A stretch of 64,000 nucleotides of DNA, from NCBI GenBank assembly GCA_044223825.1, contig JBGALO010000005.1:68802-132801 (forward strand), read 5' to 3'. The DNA is from Cyclobacteriaceae bacterium. Lineage in GTDB: Bacteria; Bacteroidota; Bacteroidia; Cytophagales; Cyclobacteriaceae. Below the pieces are notes generated by a model, which saw only the letters and a program-made list of their open reading frames with translations, did not search any database and had not been told where the DNA came from. The position numbers and the translations under genes were made by a program. Shown one piece after another: positions 38,425 to 48,594 of this stretch (position 1 is its first letter; each line of letters opens with the position of its first letter).

Positions 38425-40770
38425 TTATTTTTTCAAATTCTGTTCAAACAATTTCAGGATGCGTTTGTACTCATCGGTCCAACTGCTGGGCTCAACAAAG
38501 CCATGATCTTCAACAGGATAAGCTGCAAGCTCCCAGTTATCTTTGCCCAGTTCGATCAGGCGTTGTTGCAAGCGAACGGCATCTTCGAAGTGCACATTCA
38601 CGTCTACCATTCCATGACAGATCAACAACGCACCCTTTAATCCGTTCGCATAGTAAATCGGCGAGCTTTTAACATAGGCGATGCTATCGGTAACAGGTTC
38701 ATTAAGAATACTGGACGTGTACCCGTGATTGTAATGCGCCCAGTCGGTGACCGGCCGTAATGCGGCGCCTGCCGCGAAAACATCGGGTGTCGTAAACATG
38801 GCCATCAAGGTAATAAACCCACCATAGGAGCCGCCATAGATTCCAATGCGCTTCGGATCAATGTTGTGCTTTTCCACAAGCCATTTCGCGCCGTCAACAT
38901 GATCTGTCAGATCCTTTCCTCCCATGAACCTGTAAATTCCAGTGCGCCAGTCGCGGCCATACCCTGCACTGGCGCGATAATCCATGTCCAGAACCGTATA
39001 CCCGCGATCGGCAAGCAGATTATTGAACATGTATTCTCTGAAATAATTGCTCCACCATTTGTGGGCGTTCTGCAAATAGCCAGCGCCGTGAACAAAAATT
39101 ACCGCTGCGCCATTCGGATTTGCGGGCTTGAATACGCGCGTGTAGACATCCGCTCCATCACTTGCTTTAAAAGTCGTCACTTCGACATCGCGCCACGGAT
39201 AGGATTTGAATTCATCACTAAGTGAATTCGTGATTTGTTGGGGTTTGGCGCCGGGCTTGTTCTCCTGAAGATATAATTCCCAGGGTTTATTGGTGTACGA
39301 GTAACGAATCGCCATCCACTTTTCATCGGGAGAAAAAGTGACTTCATTGGCGCCCGTCATCGTTGTCAGCCGTTCTGCTTTGCCGCCGGTGACGGGAAGT
39401 TTGTAGACATTTTTTTCACCGGGATGTGATTCGTTGGTGGTGATATAAAAGAACTTTTTGTCTCTGGAAACGTCGACCGTCTGAACCTCGTACTTGCCTG
39501 ATGTTAACGCTTGCTTTTTTGACGTAACAAAATCATACACGTAGAGATGAGAATATCCTGTCTCTTCAGTCTGGAACCATGCCTGACTGCCGTTTACCCA
39601 GCCGATCGCACCAGGGCCAAAGCCTGAACCCGGACCACTGATCCACGCATCGTCATGCTGACGGTCGATCAATTTCAATGTTTGTGTCGGCACATCGAGG
39701 GAAAGGATCCATCGGTCCTTGTTATCAGAAGCGCGGGCAACGAGTACATTGTTTTTTCCATCGTCGCTCCAATATGGACCGAACAGCGCCAATGCGCGTG
39801 AATCGGGTTTCTTTTCTTTTTCCTTTGTTGTCTTCGCCGGATAATCCTTTTTGAAAGCCGCAATGTCAGTGACGCCCGGGATATCAGCTGTTTTTACAGT
39901 GAGGACCGTATCGCGCTCGATATTATACACCATTAGCTCAGATGTGTTTTGTGCTGCGCCGACTTTAGTGCGCGCTGGAATATCCTCGGTGAAGCCCGAC
40001 TCTGTAACGTAGTTGGGTACAATCGTACTCCTACCATTACCTGCCTTTACAAGGCGGAACGTGATAAACTTTCCGTCCGGGCTCAGTTGAATTTGATCGA
40101 CACCCTTTTCTTCGATATAGATTTCTTTTGGGCGCCGCGGCCTGTCGGCGCGTTGGATCTTGTCGGCTGCTTTCTTGTTAGCATTTCTTTCCCGTAGAAC
40201 CTGAAAATACGCAAGCTGGTCAGCCTTCAGCCATTTTTCTTGTTCGGTTAATTTTGCATCAGGTTTTTTTGTACCCTTTCGAAAATCTGTCAACTGAGCA
40301 AATGAACCGTTGACTGCTTCCCAGCTAAAAAGATTTCCTGCCATCGTGAACAGGATCTTCCTTTCGTCAAATGAAAAAACTGGATTGAATTCGCGTTCAT
40401 TCGTTGATGTTATCTGAATGAGTTTTGCAGTGGGGATATCAAGAAGGAATATATCGCCATTCTTCTCATATACCTTTTTTGTCTTTGTGCGGTTGTACAT
40501 CCCGTTGACTGATGGCAGGGCCCTGCGAATTGCCGTACTTACTTTTTGCGGCGTACGATTTACCGGCGTGATCGAATAAAGTGAATCGCCGGCATTCTTA
40601 TCGGGGTTCCAATTGAAATACAGTTGCTTACTATCTTCACTCCAGAAGATGTTGGATGGCGCCGTGCCGATCCATTTTGGATCGCGCATTATTTTTTCAA
40701 CGGTCAGGGGTGCAAGCTGCTGTGCCTGTATGTAAGAGGTGGCAAACAGCAAAAACAAAATCCTTTTCAT
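38425..40770 (-). CDS. S9 family serine peptidase (DPP-IV/acylaminoacyl peptidase-like)
   Basis: Propeller plus catalytic GGSYGG, D (DVNVH) and H (DHGF). Start reset to MKRILFLL at 40770 because the track's extension overlaps the next gene. Confidence 0.92.
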   Translation of the reverse strand: MKRILFLLFATSYIQAQQLAPLTVEKIMRDPKWIGTAPSNIFWSEDSKQLYFNWNPDKNAGDSLYSITPVNRTPQKVSTAIRRALPSVNGMYNRTKTKKVYEKNGDIFLLDIPTAKLIQITSTNEREFNPVFSFDERKILFTMAGNLFSWEAVNGSFAQLTDFRKGTKKPDAKLTEQEKWLKADQLAYFQVLRERNANKKAADKIQRADRPRRPKEIYIEEKGVDQIQLSPDGKFITFRLVKAGNGRSTIVPNYVTESGFTEDIPARTKVGAAQNTSELMVYNIERDTVLTVKTADIPGVTDIAAFKKDYPAKTTKEKEKKPDSRALALFGPYWSDDGKNNVLVARASDNKDRWILSLDVPTQTLKLIDRQHDDAWISGPGSGFGPGAIGWVNGSQAWFQTEETGYSHLYVYDFVTSKKQALTSGKYEVQTVDVSRDKKFFYITTNESHPGEKNVYKLPVTGGKAERLTTMTGANEVTFSPDEKWMAIRYSYTNKPWELYLQENKPGAKPQQITNSLSDEFKSYPWRDVEVTTFKASDGADVYTRVFKPANPNGAAVIFVHGAGYLQNAHKWWSNYFREYMFNNLLADRGYTVLDMDYRASAGYGRDWRTGIYRFMGGKDLTDHVDGAKWLVEKHNIDPKRIGIYGGSYGGFITLMAMFTTPDVFAAGAALRPVTDWAHYNHGYTSSILNEPVTDSIAYVKSSPIYYANGLKGALLICHGMVDVNVHFEDAVRLQQRLIELGKDNWELAAYPVEDHGFVEPSSWTDEYKRILKLFEQNLKK

Positions 40771-40840
40771 GGGATAGGGGAAATTTGGGGGTAATATATT
40801 GAAAATAGGAGGCGGCCGAACCAGTGTTGTGACGGGTGGC

Positions 40841-41197
40841 TTAATTGTTATGATTGCCCTTATCTTTGGTGAGATCGGTGAATAGGCTATTGAAGACCGA
40901 AAGGACCAGACTAAAGCCCAGTGCCCACCAAAAACCATCGACATAAAAGCTGTCGACGAAATAATCAACGAGCAATATGATGGAAGCATTGATGACAAGC
41001 AGAAACAGTCCCAACGTTACGATGGTGATGGGAAAAGTGAAGAAGATCAGCAAGGGGCGGATGAATGTATTGGATAATGAGACCAGTACGGCGACGAGCA
41101 ACGCAGCCCAATAGTCCTCAACATGCGCTCCTGGCAAGAGATATGCCGTAAGCATCACAGCGACACCGGAGAGGAGAAAGCGGATGATCAGATTCAT
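40841..41197 (-). CDS. YvlD/DUF360 phage-holin-like 4-TM membrane protein
   Basis: TAYLLPG, RPLLIFFTFPITIVTLGLFLLVINA and GFWWALGFSLVLS are signature segments. Confidence 0.85.
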   Translation of the reverse strand: MNLIIRFLLSGVAVMLTAYLLPGAHVEDYWAALLVAVLVSLSNTFIRPLLIFFTFPITIVTLGLFLLVINASIILLVDYFVDSFYVDGFWWALGFSLVLSVFNSLFTDLTKDKGNHNN

Positions 41198-41324
41198 TCG
41201 CTAAATTTAACTCAAGTTGGCAATAGAATGCAATTTGCGCGTAGTGCCACGAAGCCTAGATAGCCTTATTGTTTCTTAGCGGCATTGCATTAGATAACCC
41301 GAATGCGTTTAGTAAATTTCGATC

Positions 41325-42701
41325 ATGTATGCCATTGTAGATATTGAGACGACGGGAGGCTACGCAGAAAATCATAAGGTCACAGAAATTGCCATTTATC
41401 ACCATGATGGCATTCAGATCACGGATAAGTTTCAGACGCTAATCAATCCAGGCCGACGTGTTCCGTATTTCATCACAGGACTGACCGGGATCACCACTGA
41501 AATGGTGAGCCAGGCGCCCGCGTTTACAGACATTGCAGAAGAAATATATGATTGGCTCAAAGACAGGGTCTTTGTAGCGCACAACGCTCACTTCGATTAT
41601 AGCTTTCTGAAGAAGGAGTTCGATGATGCGGGCATCCATTGGAGCACGCGCAAACTCTGCACAGTAAGACTTGGACGGAAAATTATTCCTGGCCTTGATT
41701 CTTACAGTTTGGGCCGGATGGCAGAGAGCCTCGGAATCAGGATTGCCGACAGGCACCGCGCAGGGGGCGATGCCGAAGCAACGGCAAAGATTTTTGACAT
41801 CTTTCTCAAGCGGGACAATGAAGGAGTGATCGCCAAAGCTTTGAAACGCAACTCCGGCGAAACGATTCTTCCACCGAATCTTGCAAAAGAGGAATTCGAC
41901 AAGCTCCCAGCCAAAGCGGGTGTCTATTATTTCCACGATGGTCACGGCACAGTAATATATGTCGGCAAGGCAATCAACATCAGAAAGCGAATTGCAGGAC
42001 ATTTTTCCGGCGACGCCCGGGAATGGAATCGTTCCAACATTCGCAACGAGATCCATCACATCTCTTACGAGCTTACAGGGAATGAATTGATAGCGCTCAT
42101 CCTTGAGTCGCAGGAGATCAGAAGGCTTTGGCCAAAATATAACCTCGCTCAAAAATTCAGGATCGAAGAATGGGGAATATTTGATTATGAAGATCAGCGT
42201 GGGTACATGCGGTTCGCCGTGAACATCGTCAGCAGGAACTCAAGACCACTGATCACATTCAGTTCGAAAGGAGATGCATGGAATTTTCTTTGGGAAAAAG
42301 TCCGCGAATCAGAATTGTGTCCAAAGTTGTCGGGATTGCAAACGGCAAAAGGTCCGTGTTATGCACATCAGTCTGGAACATGCAAGGGCGCGTGCGAATC
42401 AAAAGAGACAGTAGAAGAATACAATAGTCGTGTCCAGACTTCCATCGATTCATTTTTTGGAGATGGAGAAACTGTCGCCATTGTCGGACGTGGTCGTGTG
42501 GTAGACGAGAAGTCGCTCGTGTTGGTTGAGAAGGGTAGTTACCTGGGATTTGGCTTTCTTAGCCAGGACGTCGCCATTACCGATTTTGAAGCGGCCAAGA
42601 GTTATATAAAAACCGGGAAGGAAAACCGCTTGGTGCAAAATCTGGTCAACTCCTTTTTAATGAATCCAAGGGGCACAGAGATCATTGCGTTCGATCGGTG
42701 A
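41325..42701 (+). CDS. DnaQ-like 3'-5' exonuclease fused to a GIY-YIG (UvrC/Cho-like) nuclease
   Basis: VDIETTG, AHNAHFD and HRAGGDA (DEDDh); GVYYF..YVGKAINIRKR (GIY-YIG); UvrC-like Cys cluster near the C-terminus. Confidence 0.88.
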   Translation: MYAIVDIETTGGYAENHKVTEIAIYHHDGIQITDKFQTLINPGRRVPYFITGLTGITTEMVSQAPAFTDIAEEIYDWLKDRVFVAHNAHFDYSFLKKEFDDAGIHWSTRKLCTVRLGRKIIPGLDSYSLGRMAESLGIRIADRHRAGGDAEATAKIFDIFLKRDNEGVIAKALKRNSGETILPPNLAKEEFDKLPAKAGVYYFHDGHGTVIYVGKAINIRKRIAGHFSGDAREWNRSNIRNEIHHISYELTGNELIALILESQEIRRLWPKYNLAQKFRIEEWGIFDYEDQRGYMRFAVNIVSRNSRPLITFSSKGDAWNFLWEKVRESELCPKLSGLQTAKGPCYAHQSGTCKGACESKETVEEYNSRVQTSIDSFFGDGETVAIVGRGRVVDEKSLVLVEKGSYLGFGFLSQDVAITDFEAAKSYIKTGKENRLVQNLVNSFLMNPRGTEIIAFDR

Positions 42702-42827
42702 CCGTCACCCATTTTGGCGCAACCATGGCTATGCCGGGGCCAACAATTAACCGGTTGAATAATCCCGGCAGCGTTTTGACGAATTCAGGCCCCAAATCCC
42801 TATTATTGCGGTTTATTTCAAATAGTT

Positions 42828-43817
42828 ATGGCATTCGAATCGACTACCGAGCAACAACAGGAACACCACAGAAAGATCAAGCAGGTATACACCGAAGTGG
42901 CTAAAGTCGTTGTCGGTCAGGAATACATGGTCAACAGATTGTTGATCGGGCTTTTTACCAACGGCCACGTGTTGCTAGAAGGTGTGCCCGGACTTGCAAA
43001 AACGTTGACCATCTCGACGGTAGCAAAAGTTCTTCACCTCGATTTTCAACGAATACAGTTCACGCCCGACTTGTTGCCGTCCGACCTGGTTGGAACAATG
43101 ATTTATAACCAGAAGGAAGGAAAGTTTGAAGTAAAGAAAGGTCCGATTTTCGCGAATATCATTCTTGCGGACGAGATCAACCGTTCTCCAGCAAAAGTTC
43201 AGTCTGCTTTGCTTGAAGCGATGCAGGAAAAAACGGTAACGATCGGTGAGACGACGTTTACACTTGATAAGCCTTTTCTCGTGTTGGCAACACAGAACCC
43301 GGTTGAGAACGAGGGTACTTATCCGCTCCCTGAAGCACAGGTCGATCGCTTTATGATGAAAGTGTTCGTGGATTATCCGACTAAAGAGCAGGAATTGGAG
43401 ATCATGCGGAGAATATCAAATCTTCAGTTTGATTTTACCGTCAATGCCGTTCTTACGAAGGAAGATATCTTTGCTATCCGTGCAGAAGTCAACAAGATCA
43501 AAATATCCGATTCACTTGAGCGTTATATAATAGAGCTTGTCACTGCAACACGCCGTGCGAAAGAATACAAGCTGGATCATGAAGCGCAATACATTCAGTT
43601 CGGAGCATCACCTCGTGCCAGCATTAACCTTAACCTTGCAGCGAAAGCAGCGGCTTATCTTGAGGGTCGTGATTACGTGCTGCCCGAGGATATCAAGGAA
43701 ATTGCGCGTGATGTGCTCAACCACCGAATCCTGCTGAATTATGAAGCGGAGGCTGACAACGTGAAGACACCGGATATCATTAAGGCGATTCTCAACCGCG
43801 TACCGATCAGCAAGTAA
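42828..43817 (+). CDS. MoxR family AAA+ ATPase
   Basis: EGVPGLAKT, RIQFTPDLLPSDLVG, ADEINRSPAKVQSALLEAMQE, ATQNPVENEGTYPLPEAQVDRF and GASPRA motifs. Confidence 0.95.
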   Translation: MAFESTTEQQQEHHRKIKQVYTEVAKVVVGQEYMVNRLLIGLFTNGHVLLEGVPGLAKTLTISTVAKVLHLDFQRIQFTPDLLPSDLVGTMIYNQKEGKFEVKKGPIFANIILADEINRSPAKVQSALLEAMQEKTVTIGETTFTLDKPFLVLATQNPVENEGTYPLPEAQVDRFMMKVFVDYPTKEQELEIMRRISNLQFDFTVNAVLTKEDIFAIRAEVNKIKISDSLERYIIELVTATRRAKEYKLDHEAQYIQFGASPRASINLNLAAKAAAYLEGRDYVLPEDIKEIARDVLNHRILLNYEAEADNVKTPDIIKAILNRVPISK

Positions 43818-44002
43818 CTCTGACGATAGTCACGATGTTAGGATATAGCGCTTTATCGCAACTTTAATTTCTTTAAAATTCTTTTAACGAAATTTTCTTT
43901 ACGGAAGGAACGTAACTTCTTCTGAATCATTTTAATACGCAAGCTTATTTTACGTCGCATTGCCTTGCTCGGCTATGATCTGCTTATAAGCGACCTCGGG
44001 TT

Positions 44003-44058
44003 TTAACAATTAGGTAACCTACCAGCATTAGCCCGGTAATACTTAGAAATCAACTTTG
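44003..44058 (+). promoter_or_regulatory. TBDR1 promoter: 11-bp-phased direct repeats plus -7 box
   Basis: TTAAC (44003), GTAAC (44014), GTAAT (44036), CAACTTTG (44051). Confidence 0.75.
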
Positions 44059-44078
44059 CGCAAACACCGACCACCCCT

Positions 44079-46904
44079 ATGCGCAATGTTCTTACAGTGA
44101 TTCTCATCTTGGTTGCAGCGAATTTTGCTTTTTCACAAACGGGTTCTATAAAAGGCACAATCAAGGATGAGAAAACGGGCGAGCCCATGATTGGCGCAAA
44201 CGTTGTGATTGAAGGGACAACGACAGGTGGATCGACGGATATTGAAGGTGCTTTTGTGATTCCCAAGGTGAAGGCAGGCACGTATTCAATTGTTGTATCT
44301 TCAGTTTCATATGCCAGTAGGACAATTCCAGGTATTCAAGTATATCCCGATCAGACCACGGTGGTCAATACTTTTCTCAAGGAAGATTCACAGGAGTTAG
44401 AATCGGTCGTGGTGAAAGCGGCGCGATCCACAGACACCGACGTCGCCGTTGTAACGGAATTGAAGATGGCTGATCTCGTGGCCGTGGGAATATCGTCACA
44501 ACAAATACGAATGTCCCAGGATCGCGACGCAGCACAAGTAATCAAGCGCGTGCCAGGCGTCACAATCGTGGGTAACCGCTTCGTGAATGTGCGCGGTCTC
44601 AGCGAACGCTACAGCACTGTAATGTTGAATGGCATTATTGCGCCCAGTTCCGAAGTTGATTCAAGGGCATTTTCCTTCGACCTTATTCCAAGCAACATGC
44701 TTGACAGGATGTTGGTTTATAAATCGGGGTCGGCGGAGCTCCCGGGCGAATTTGCAGGCGCGGACATTAGTATATATACCAAGAGTGTTGTTGAGGAGAA
44801 CGCGCTTTCAGTATCTGCAATGGGTAGCTATCGCGCCAATACAACAGGACAGCAAGTTGCGCTCAGCCCGGAGCAAGGTTCCAAAGATTGGATTGGCAGG
44901 GACGATGGGACGCGTGCCTTGCCATCGGGCTTTCCGTCGGCGAATCTCCGGACGCTGTCAATGGCCGATCCAACCGAGCAAAATCAATTGATTGCCGCCA
45001 CGCATAGTTTGCCCAATACATGGGGCACCCGAAGTGTTAATGTCGCTCCGGATTTCAGACTAAATGTTGACTTCGCGCGTACCATGCGGCTGGGCAAAAA
45101 GCGTTTTGACAATATCACATCAATCAGCTACGCGTCGACCAATCAGCGATTGGAGTTGGAGCAAAACTACTACGATGTGTTTTCGACCACCTTTCAGAAG
45201 AGTACACCGCGATATCGATTCAACGACGTCCGCTTTATGCAAACGAAAAGGCTCGGTATCGTAAGTAACTTCACACTGGAACTCAGTCCGCTGCATAGAC
45301 TTGAATTCAGAAACTTTTACAATCAGCAAGGCCAGAACCAATCAACTTTTCGTACCGGAACAGAAGATGCTCAGGGATATGATGTGAACAACCAGGCATT
45401 TAATTACTTCGGCAGAAACATCTATTCTGGCCAACTGTCTGGCAAGCACAGCTTTTCAGATGCCGTTAGTTTCAATTGGATTTTGGGTTATAATAATACA
45501 TCGGCCGATCAACCAGACTATCGACGAATCCGGTCACAACGCACGATTGGGACGAACGAGCCATTCGCCATCGTCATTCCACCGGGAGCAAGTTCATTTG
45601 ATGCCGGCAGGTTCTATTCCTCCCTTAAGGAGCAGGCATTTTCTGCCACGGGTAATCTGGAAATCAAGCTTAATCCCGCCGCAACGGAAGAATTACAAGC
45701 GAAACTCATAGGCGGATACTATGTTGAACAAAAGGATCGGTCATTTGATGCTCGTTGGTTTTCTTATAAATGGATAAACAGCGGTGTTATCGACAACAAC
45801 CTTCTTCTAACCAGCTTTGATAAAATCTTCGTTCCGGAAAATCTGGGAACCAAATTCATCTTGGAGGAAGGGACCAATGAAGGCCCGGATCTTTACGATC
45901 AGTACGACGGGCATAACCAGCTTTATGCCGGGTATGCAGGTGTCGTCACGCCATTTGCTCAAAGATTCCGCCTTTCGGCCGGCGTGAGGCTTGAGCATAA
46001 CCAGCAACAAATCGATGTGTACGAAGCGAACGGGAACAGGAGACGCGTGACAGATAATGTGACGACGATCCCGATGCCTTTTTCAAATCTGTCATACAGT
46101 CTTAACGAAAAGATGATGTTGCGTCTTGCTTATAGTAAAACCGTGAATAGACCTGTCTTTCGCGAGTTGGCGCCATTCAATTTTTACGACTTTGATCGCA
46201 ACGCAGACATATTCGGAAACAAAGATTTGAAAACCGCAAAAATCGACAACGTAGATCTCAGTTGGGAATTGTATCCATCAAAGCCCGAGAAGATATCATT
46301 TGGTGTTTTTTATAAGCACTTTCAGAACCCAATCGAACAATACCTTTCGCCGGGATCAAACTTGCGTTATGGTTACACAAACGCCGATGAAGCAACCAGT
46401 TATGGTGTTGAGACTGAAATCAGAAAATCACTTGCGAACCTGAATGCACCATTTATTAAAGACCTCACACTTGTTTTCAATGGTGCGCTTATTAGCAGTA
46501 ACATCATACTCCCAGCCAGTTTGAGCAATCTCGAGCATGACCGGCCGATGCAGGGCCAATCACCTTATGTAGTTAATGCAAGTGTTTTTTATAGTCACCC
46601 TGATAATGGATGGCAGTTCAGCGTTCAATATAACGTCTTTGGTAAACGAATATTCGCCGTGGGAGACAAAGACTCCAATCCAAATCAGTATGAAATGCCA
46701 CGGAATCAGGTTGACCTGACTGTTTCAAAGCAAGTATCCGAGCGAATCGAGATTCGGTTTGGAATACAGGATATAATCAATCAAAAATATCAGTTGGTCC
46801 AGGATTCGAATCGCGATGGAAAAATTACCAGTGTGGATGAGACAATTCAAAGCTATCGCTGGGGTCAGTATGCCACGTTGGGATTGGTCTGGAAAGTGCA
46901 TTAA
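44079..46904 (+). CDS. TonB-dependent outer membrane receptor (CarboxypepD_reg-like N-domain, plug, barrel)
   Basis: Signal peptide, GSIKGTIKDEKTGEP, plug RVPGVTIV..VNVRGLSERY, PNLRYG/MQGQSPY barrel motifs and a terminal aromatic beta strand. Confidence 0.93.
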   Translation: MRNVLTVILILVAANFAFSQTGSIKGTIKDEKTGEPMIGANVVIEGTTTGGSTDIEGAFVIPKVKAGTYSIVVSSVSYASRTIPGIQVYPDQTTVVNTFLKEDSQELESVVVKAARSTDTDVAVVTELKMADLVAVGISSQQIRMSQDRDAAQVIKRVPGVTIVGNRFVNVRGLSERYSTVMLNGIIAPSSEVDSRAFSFDLIPSNMLDRMLVYKSGSAELPGEFAGADISIYTKSVVEENALSVSAMGSYRANTTGQQVALSPEQGSKDWIGRDDGTRALPSGFPSANLRTLSMADPTEQNQLIAATHSLPNTWGTRSVNVAPDFRLNVDFARTMRLGKKRFDNITSISYASTNQRLELEQNYYDVFSTTFQKSTPRYRFNDVRFMQTKRLGIVSNFTLELSPLHRLEFRNFYNQQGQNQSTFRTGTEDAQGYDVNNQAFNYFGRNIYSGQLSGKHSFSDAVSFNWILGYNNTSADQPDYRRIRSQRTIGTNEPFAIVIPPGASSFDAGRFYSSLKEQAFSATGNLEIKLNPAATEELQAKLIGGYYVEQKDRSFDARWFSYKWINSGVIDNNLLLTSFDKIFVPENLGTKFILEEGTNEGPDLYDQYDGHNQLYAGYAGVVTPFAQRFRLSAGVRLEHNQQQIDVYEANGNRRRVTDNVTTIPMPFSNLSYSLNEKMMLRLAYSKTVNRPVFRELAPFNFYDFDRNADIFGNKDLKTAKIDNVDLSWELYPSKPEKISFGVFYKHFQNPIEQYLSPGSNLRYGYTNADEATSYGVETEIRKSLANLNAPFIKDLTLVFNGALISSNIILPASLSNLEHDRPMQGQSPYVVNASVFYSHPDNGWQFSVQYNVFGKRIFAVGDKDSNPNQYEMPRNQVDLTVSKQVSERIEIRFGIQDIINQKYQLVQDSNRDGKITSVDETIQSYRWGQYATLGLVWKVH

Positions 46905-46984
46905 CGAATTGTTATTAAGTCAGTTTAGAAAAGAGGTCCTTTCGAGGACTATATTTTGTTTCCATTAACACCAATCGGGTTTTA

Positions 46985-47040
46985 TTAAAGCAGTGCTAAT
47001 TCTTCGTTAATGGTCCCGTAATCCCTCGCATCTATGTTTG
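46985..47040 (+). promoter_or_regulatory. lipoprotein promoter: four 11-bp-phased repeats plus -7 box
   Basis: TTAAA (46985), CTAAT (46996), TTAAT (47007), GTAAT (47018), TATGTTTG (47033). Confidence 0.78.
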
Positions 47041-47076
47041 CTGAAGAAACTATAAGCCAACTTAAACTCACTCAGC

Positions 47077-48486
47077 ATGAAAAGAATTGCGTCTCTCTTA
47101 CCCATACTGGCGATCGCATTATCACTTCTTACCACCTCATGTAAGAAAGATGATGCAACTCCCAGCAATACCACAACAACCACTCAGACCGAGATAACTG
47201 CTCCCATCACGACAAATACAACATGGTCAGCGTCAAAAAAATATCTTCTAAAAGGAAATATTTATGTCCAGGCTCCCGCAGAACTCACGATCGAAGCGGG
47301 TACGGTGATCATGGGTGATAAAGTGACAAAAGGTGCATTGATTGTAAGTCGTGGGGCTAAGATCCACGCTGTCGGAACAGCAACAAAACCTATTGTCTTT
47401 ACATCATCCGCTCCTCAAGCATTCAGAAACTACGGAGACTGGGGTGGAGTTGTTCTCCTTGGGAAGGCTCAAAACAACCAATCTTCAAGCCAGGCAATCG
47501 AGGGAATCTCTGCGCCTACAGGCGATAACGGATTGTATGGTGGCGACGGTACCACTGAAAATGATAATAGTGGTGAGATGCAATACGTCCGGATTGAATT
47601 TGCGGGGATTGCTTTGTCAACTGACAACGAACTCAATGGACTGACTTTCGGCGGTGTCGGTAGTGGAACAAAGATCGACCACATACAGGTTTCCTATTCT
47701 GGCGATGACTCCTATGAGTGGTTTGGCGGAAAAGTTAACACGAGCTACTTAATCGCCTACAGAGGTTGGGATGATGAGTTCGATACGGATTTTGGATACA
47801 GCGGCAACAACCAGTTTCTGGTTTCCTTCCGTGATCCAAACATCGCTGACAAATCAGGCTCAAACGGATTTGAATCCGACAATAATGCGCAGGGCGACGG
47901 TAAAACACCGCAGACCGCAGCAACATTTGCGAACGTGACATTCTTTGGGCCATATATGTTCGCTAATCTTTCAGGAGCGGGCGCACTGCAGACTTCTACT
48001 GTGAGCGCCAATTATCAGCGGGGTGCGCACATCCGAAGAAACACGGCGATGAAAGCATATAACTGCGTGTTTGCGGGCGCCAATACAGTTGGAATCTTTT
48101 TCGATCAGGCTAGTGGGTCTGCTGAGTTCAAAGGGAACTATATTGGCCGTATTCCTCAAACATCCGCATTGGTTACGCCGATTCCGAACGCCCTCGCCGG
48201 AGGTACAGTTTATAACACAGCGAATTTCGCTACGGACAATACAATCGAGAGTCCTGTAAACAAGGTCGATTTATCTGCAACGTTTGCGGGATCTTCATCC
48301 AATCTTTGGAACATCACAACCCCATCGGCATTGCTGGCAGCTGGATCTCCGCTGCTCACAGGAGCGGTAACACTCCCTGCAAGTGGTGGATTCACTCAGG
48401 TTGCTTATAGAGGAGCATTTGATGCATCGAATAATTGGGCATCCAGCACCTGGACAAACTACGATCCCAACAATACAGCGTATTAG
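47077..48486 (+). CDS. surface lipoprotein with a predicted parallel beta-helix (TBDR-associated, non-SusD)
   Basis: Lipobox LLTTSC; WGGVVLLG, DNSGEMQYVRIEFAG, NGLTFGGVGSGT, DDSYEWFGG, DDEFDTDFG and NGFESDN Asp/Gly-rich repeats. Confidence 0.82.
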   Translation: MKRIASLLPILAIALSLLTTSCKKDDATPSNTTTTTQTEITAPITTNTTWSASKKYLLKGNIYVQAPAELTIEAGTVIMGDKVTKGALIVSRGAKIHAVGTATKPIVFTSSAPQAFRNYGDWGGVVLLGKAQNNQSSSQAIEGISAPTGDNGLYGGDGTTENDNSGEMQYVRIEFAGIALSTDNELNGLTFGGVGSGTKIDHIQVSYSGDDSYEWFGGKVNTSYLIAYRGWDDEFDTDFGYSGNNQFLVSFRDPNIADKSGSNGFESDNNAQGDGKTPQTAATFANVTFFGPYMFANLSGAGALQTSTVSANYQRGAHIRRNTAMKAYNCVFAGANTVGIFFDQASGSAEFKGNYIGRIPQTSALVTPIPNALAGGTVYNTANFATDNTIESPVNKVDLSATFAGSSSNLWNITTPSALLAAGSPLLTGAVTLPASGGFTQVAYRGAFDASNNWASSTWTNYDPNNTAY

Positions 48487-48502
48487 TTCTCAAAGTTTGA
48501 TA

Positions 48503-48537
48503 AGGCTCTCCGGTGCTAAATCCCGGAGAGCTTTTCT
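48503..48537 (+). terminator. Rho-independent terminator after the lipoprotein gene
   Basis: Stem GCTCTCCGG/CCGGAGAGC followed by TTTTCT. Confidence 0.75.
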
Positions 48538-48594
48538 TCAATGGTGGCAATGACCAATCCACTGATGAGTTGCGCACCACATTCAGTGTATCAC

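Noticed and set aside
40771-40998. N-terminal extension of the S9 peptidase given in the ORF track
   Set aside because: It overlaps the holin-like gene in another frame, and a clear signal peptide starts at 40770.
40841-41197. Holin as evidence of a prophage
   Set aside because: YvlD/DUF360 proteins are common chromosomal membrane proteins, and no endolysin or structural phage genes are nearby.
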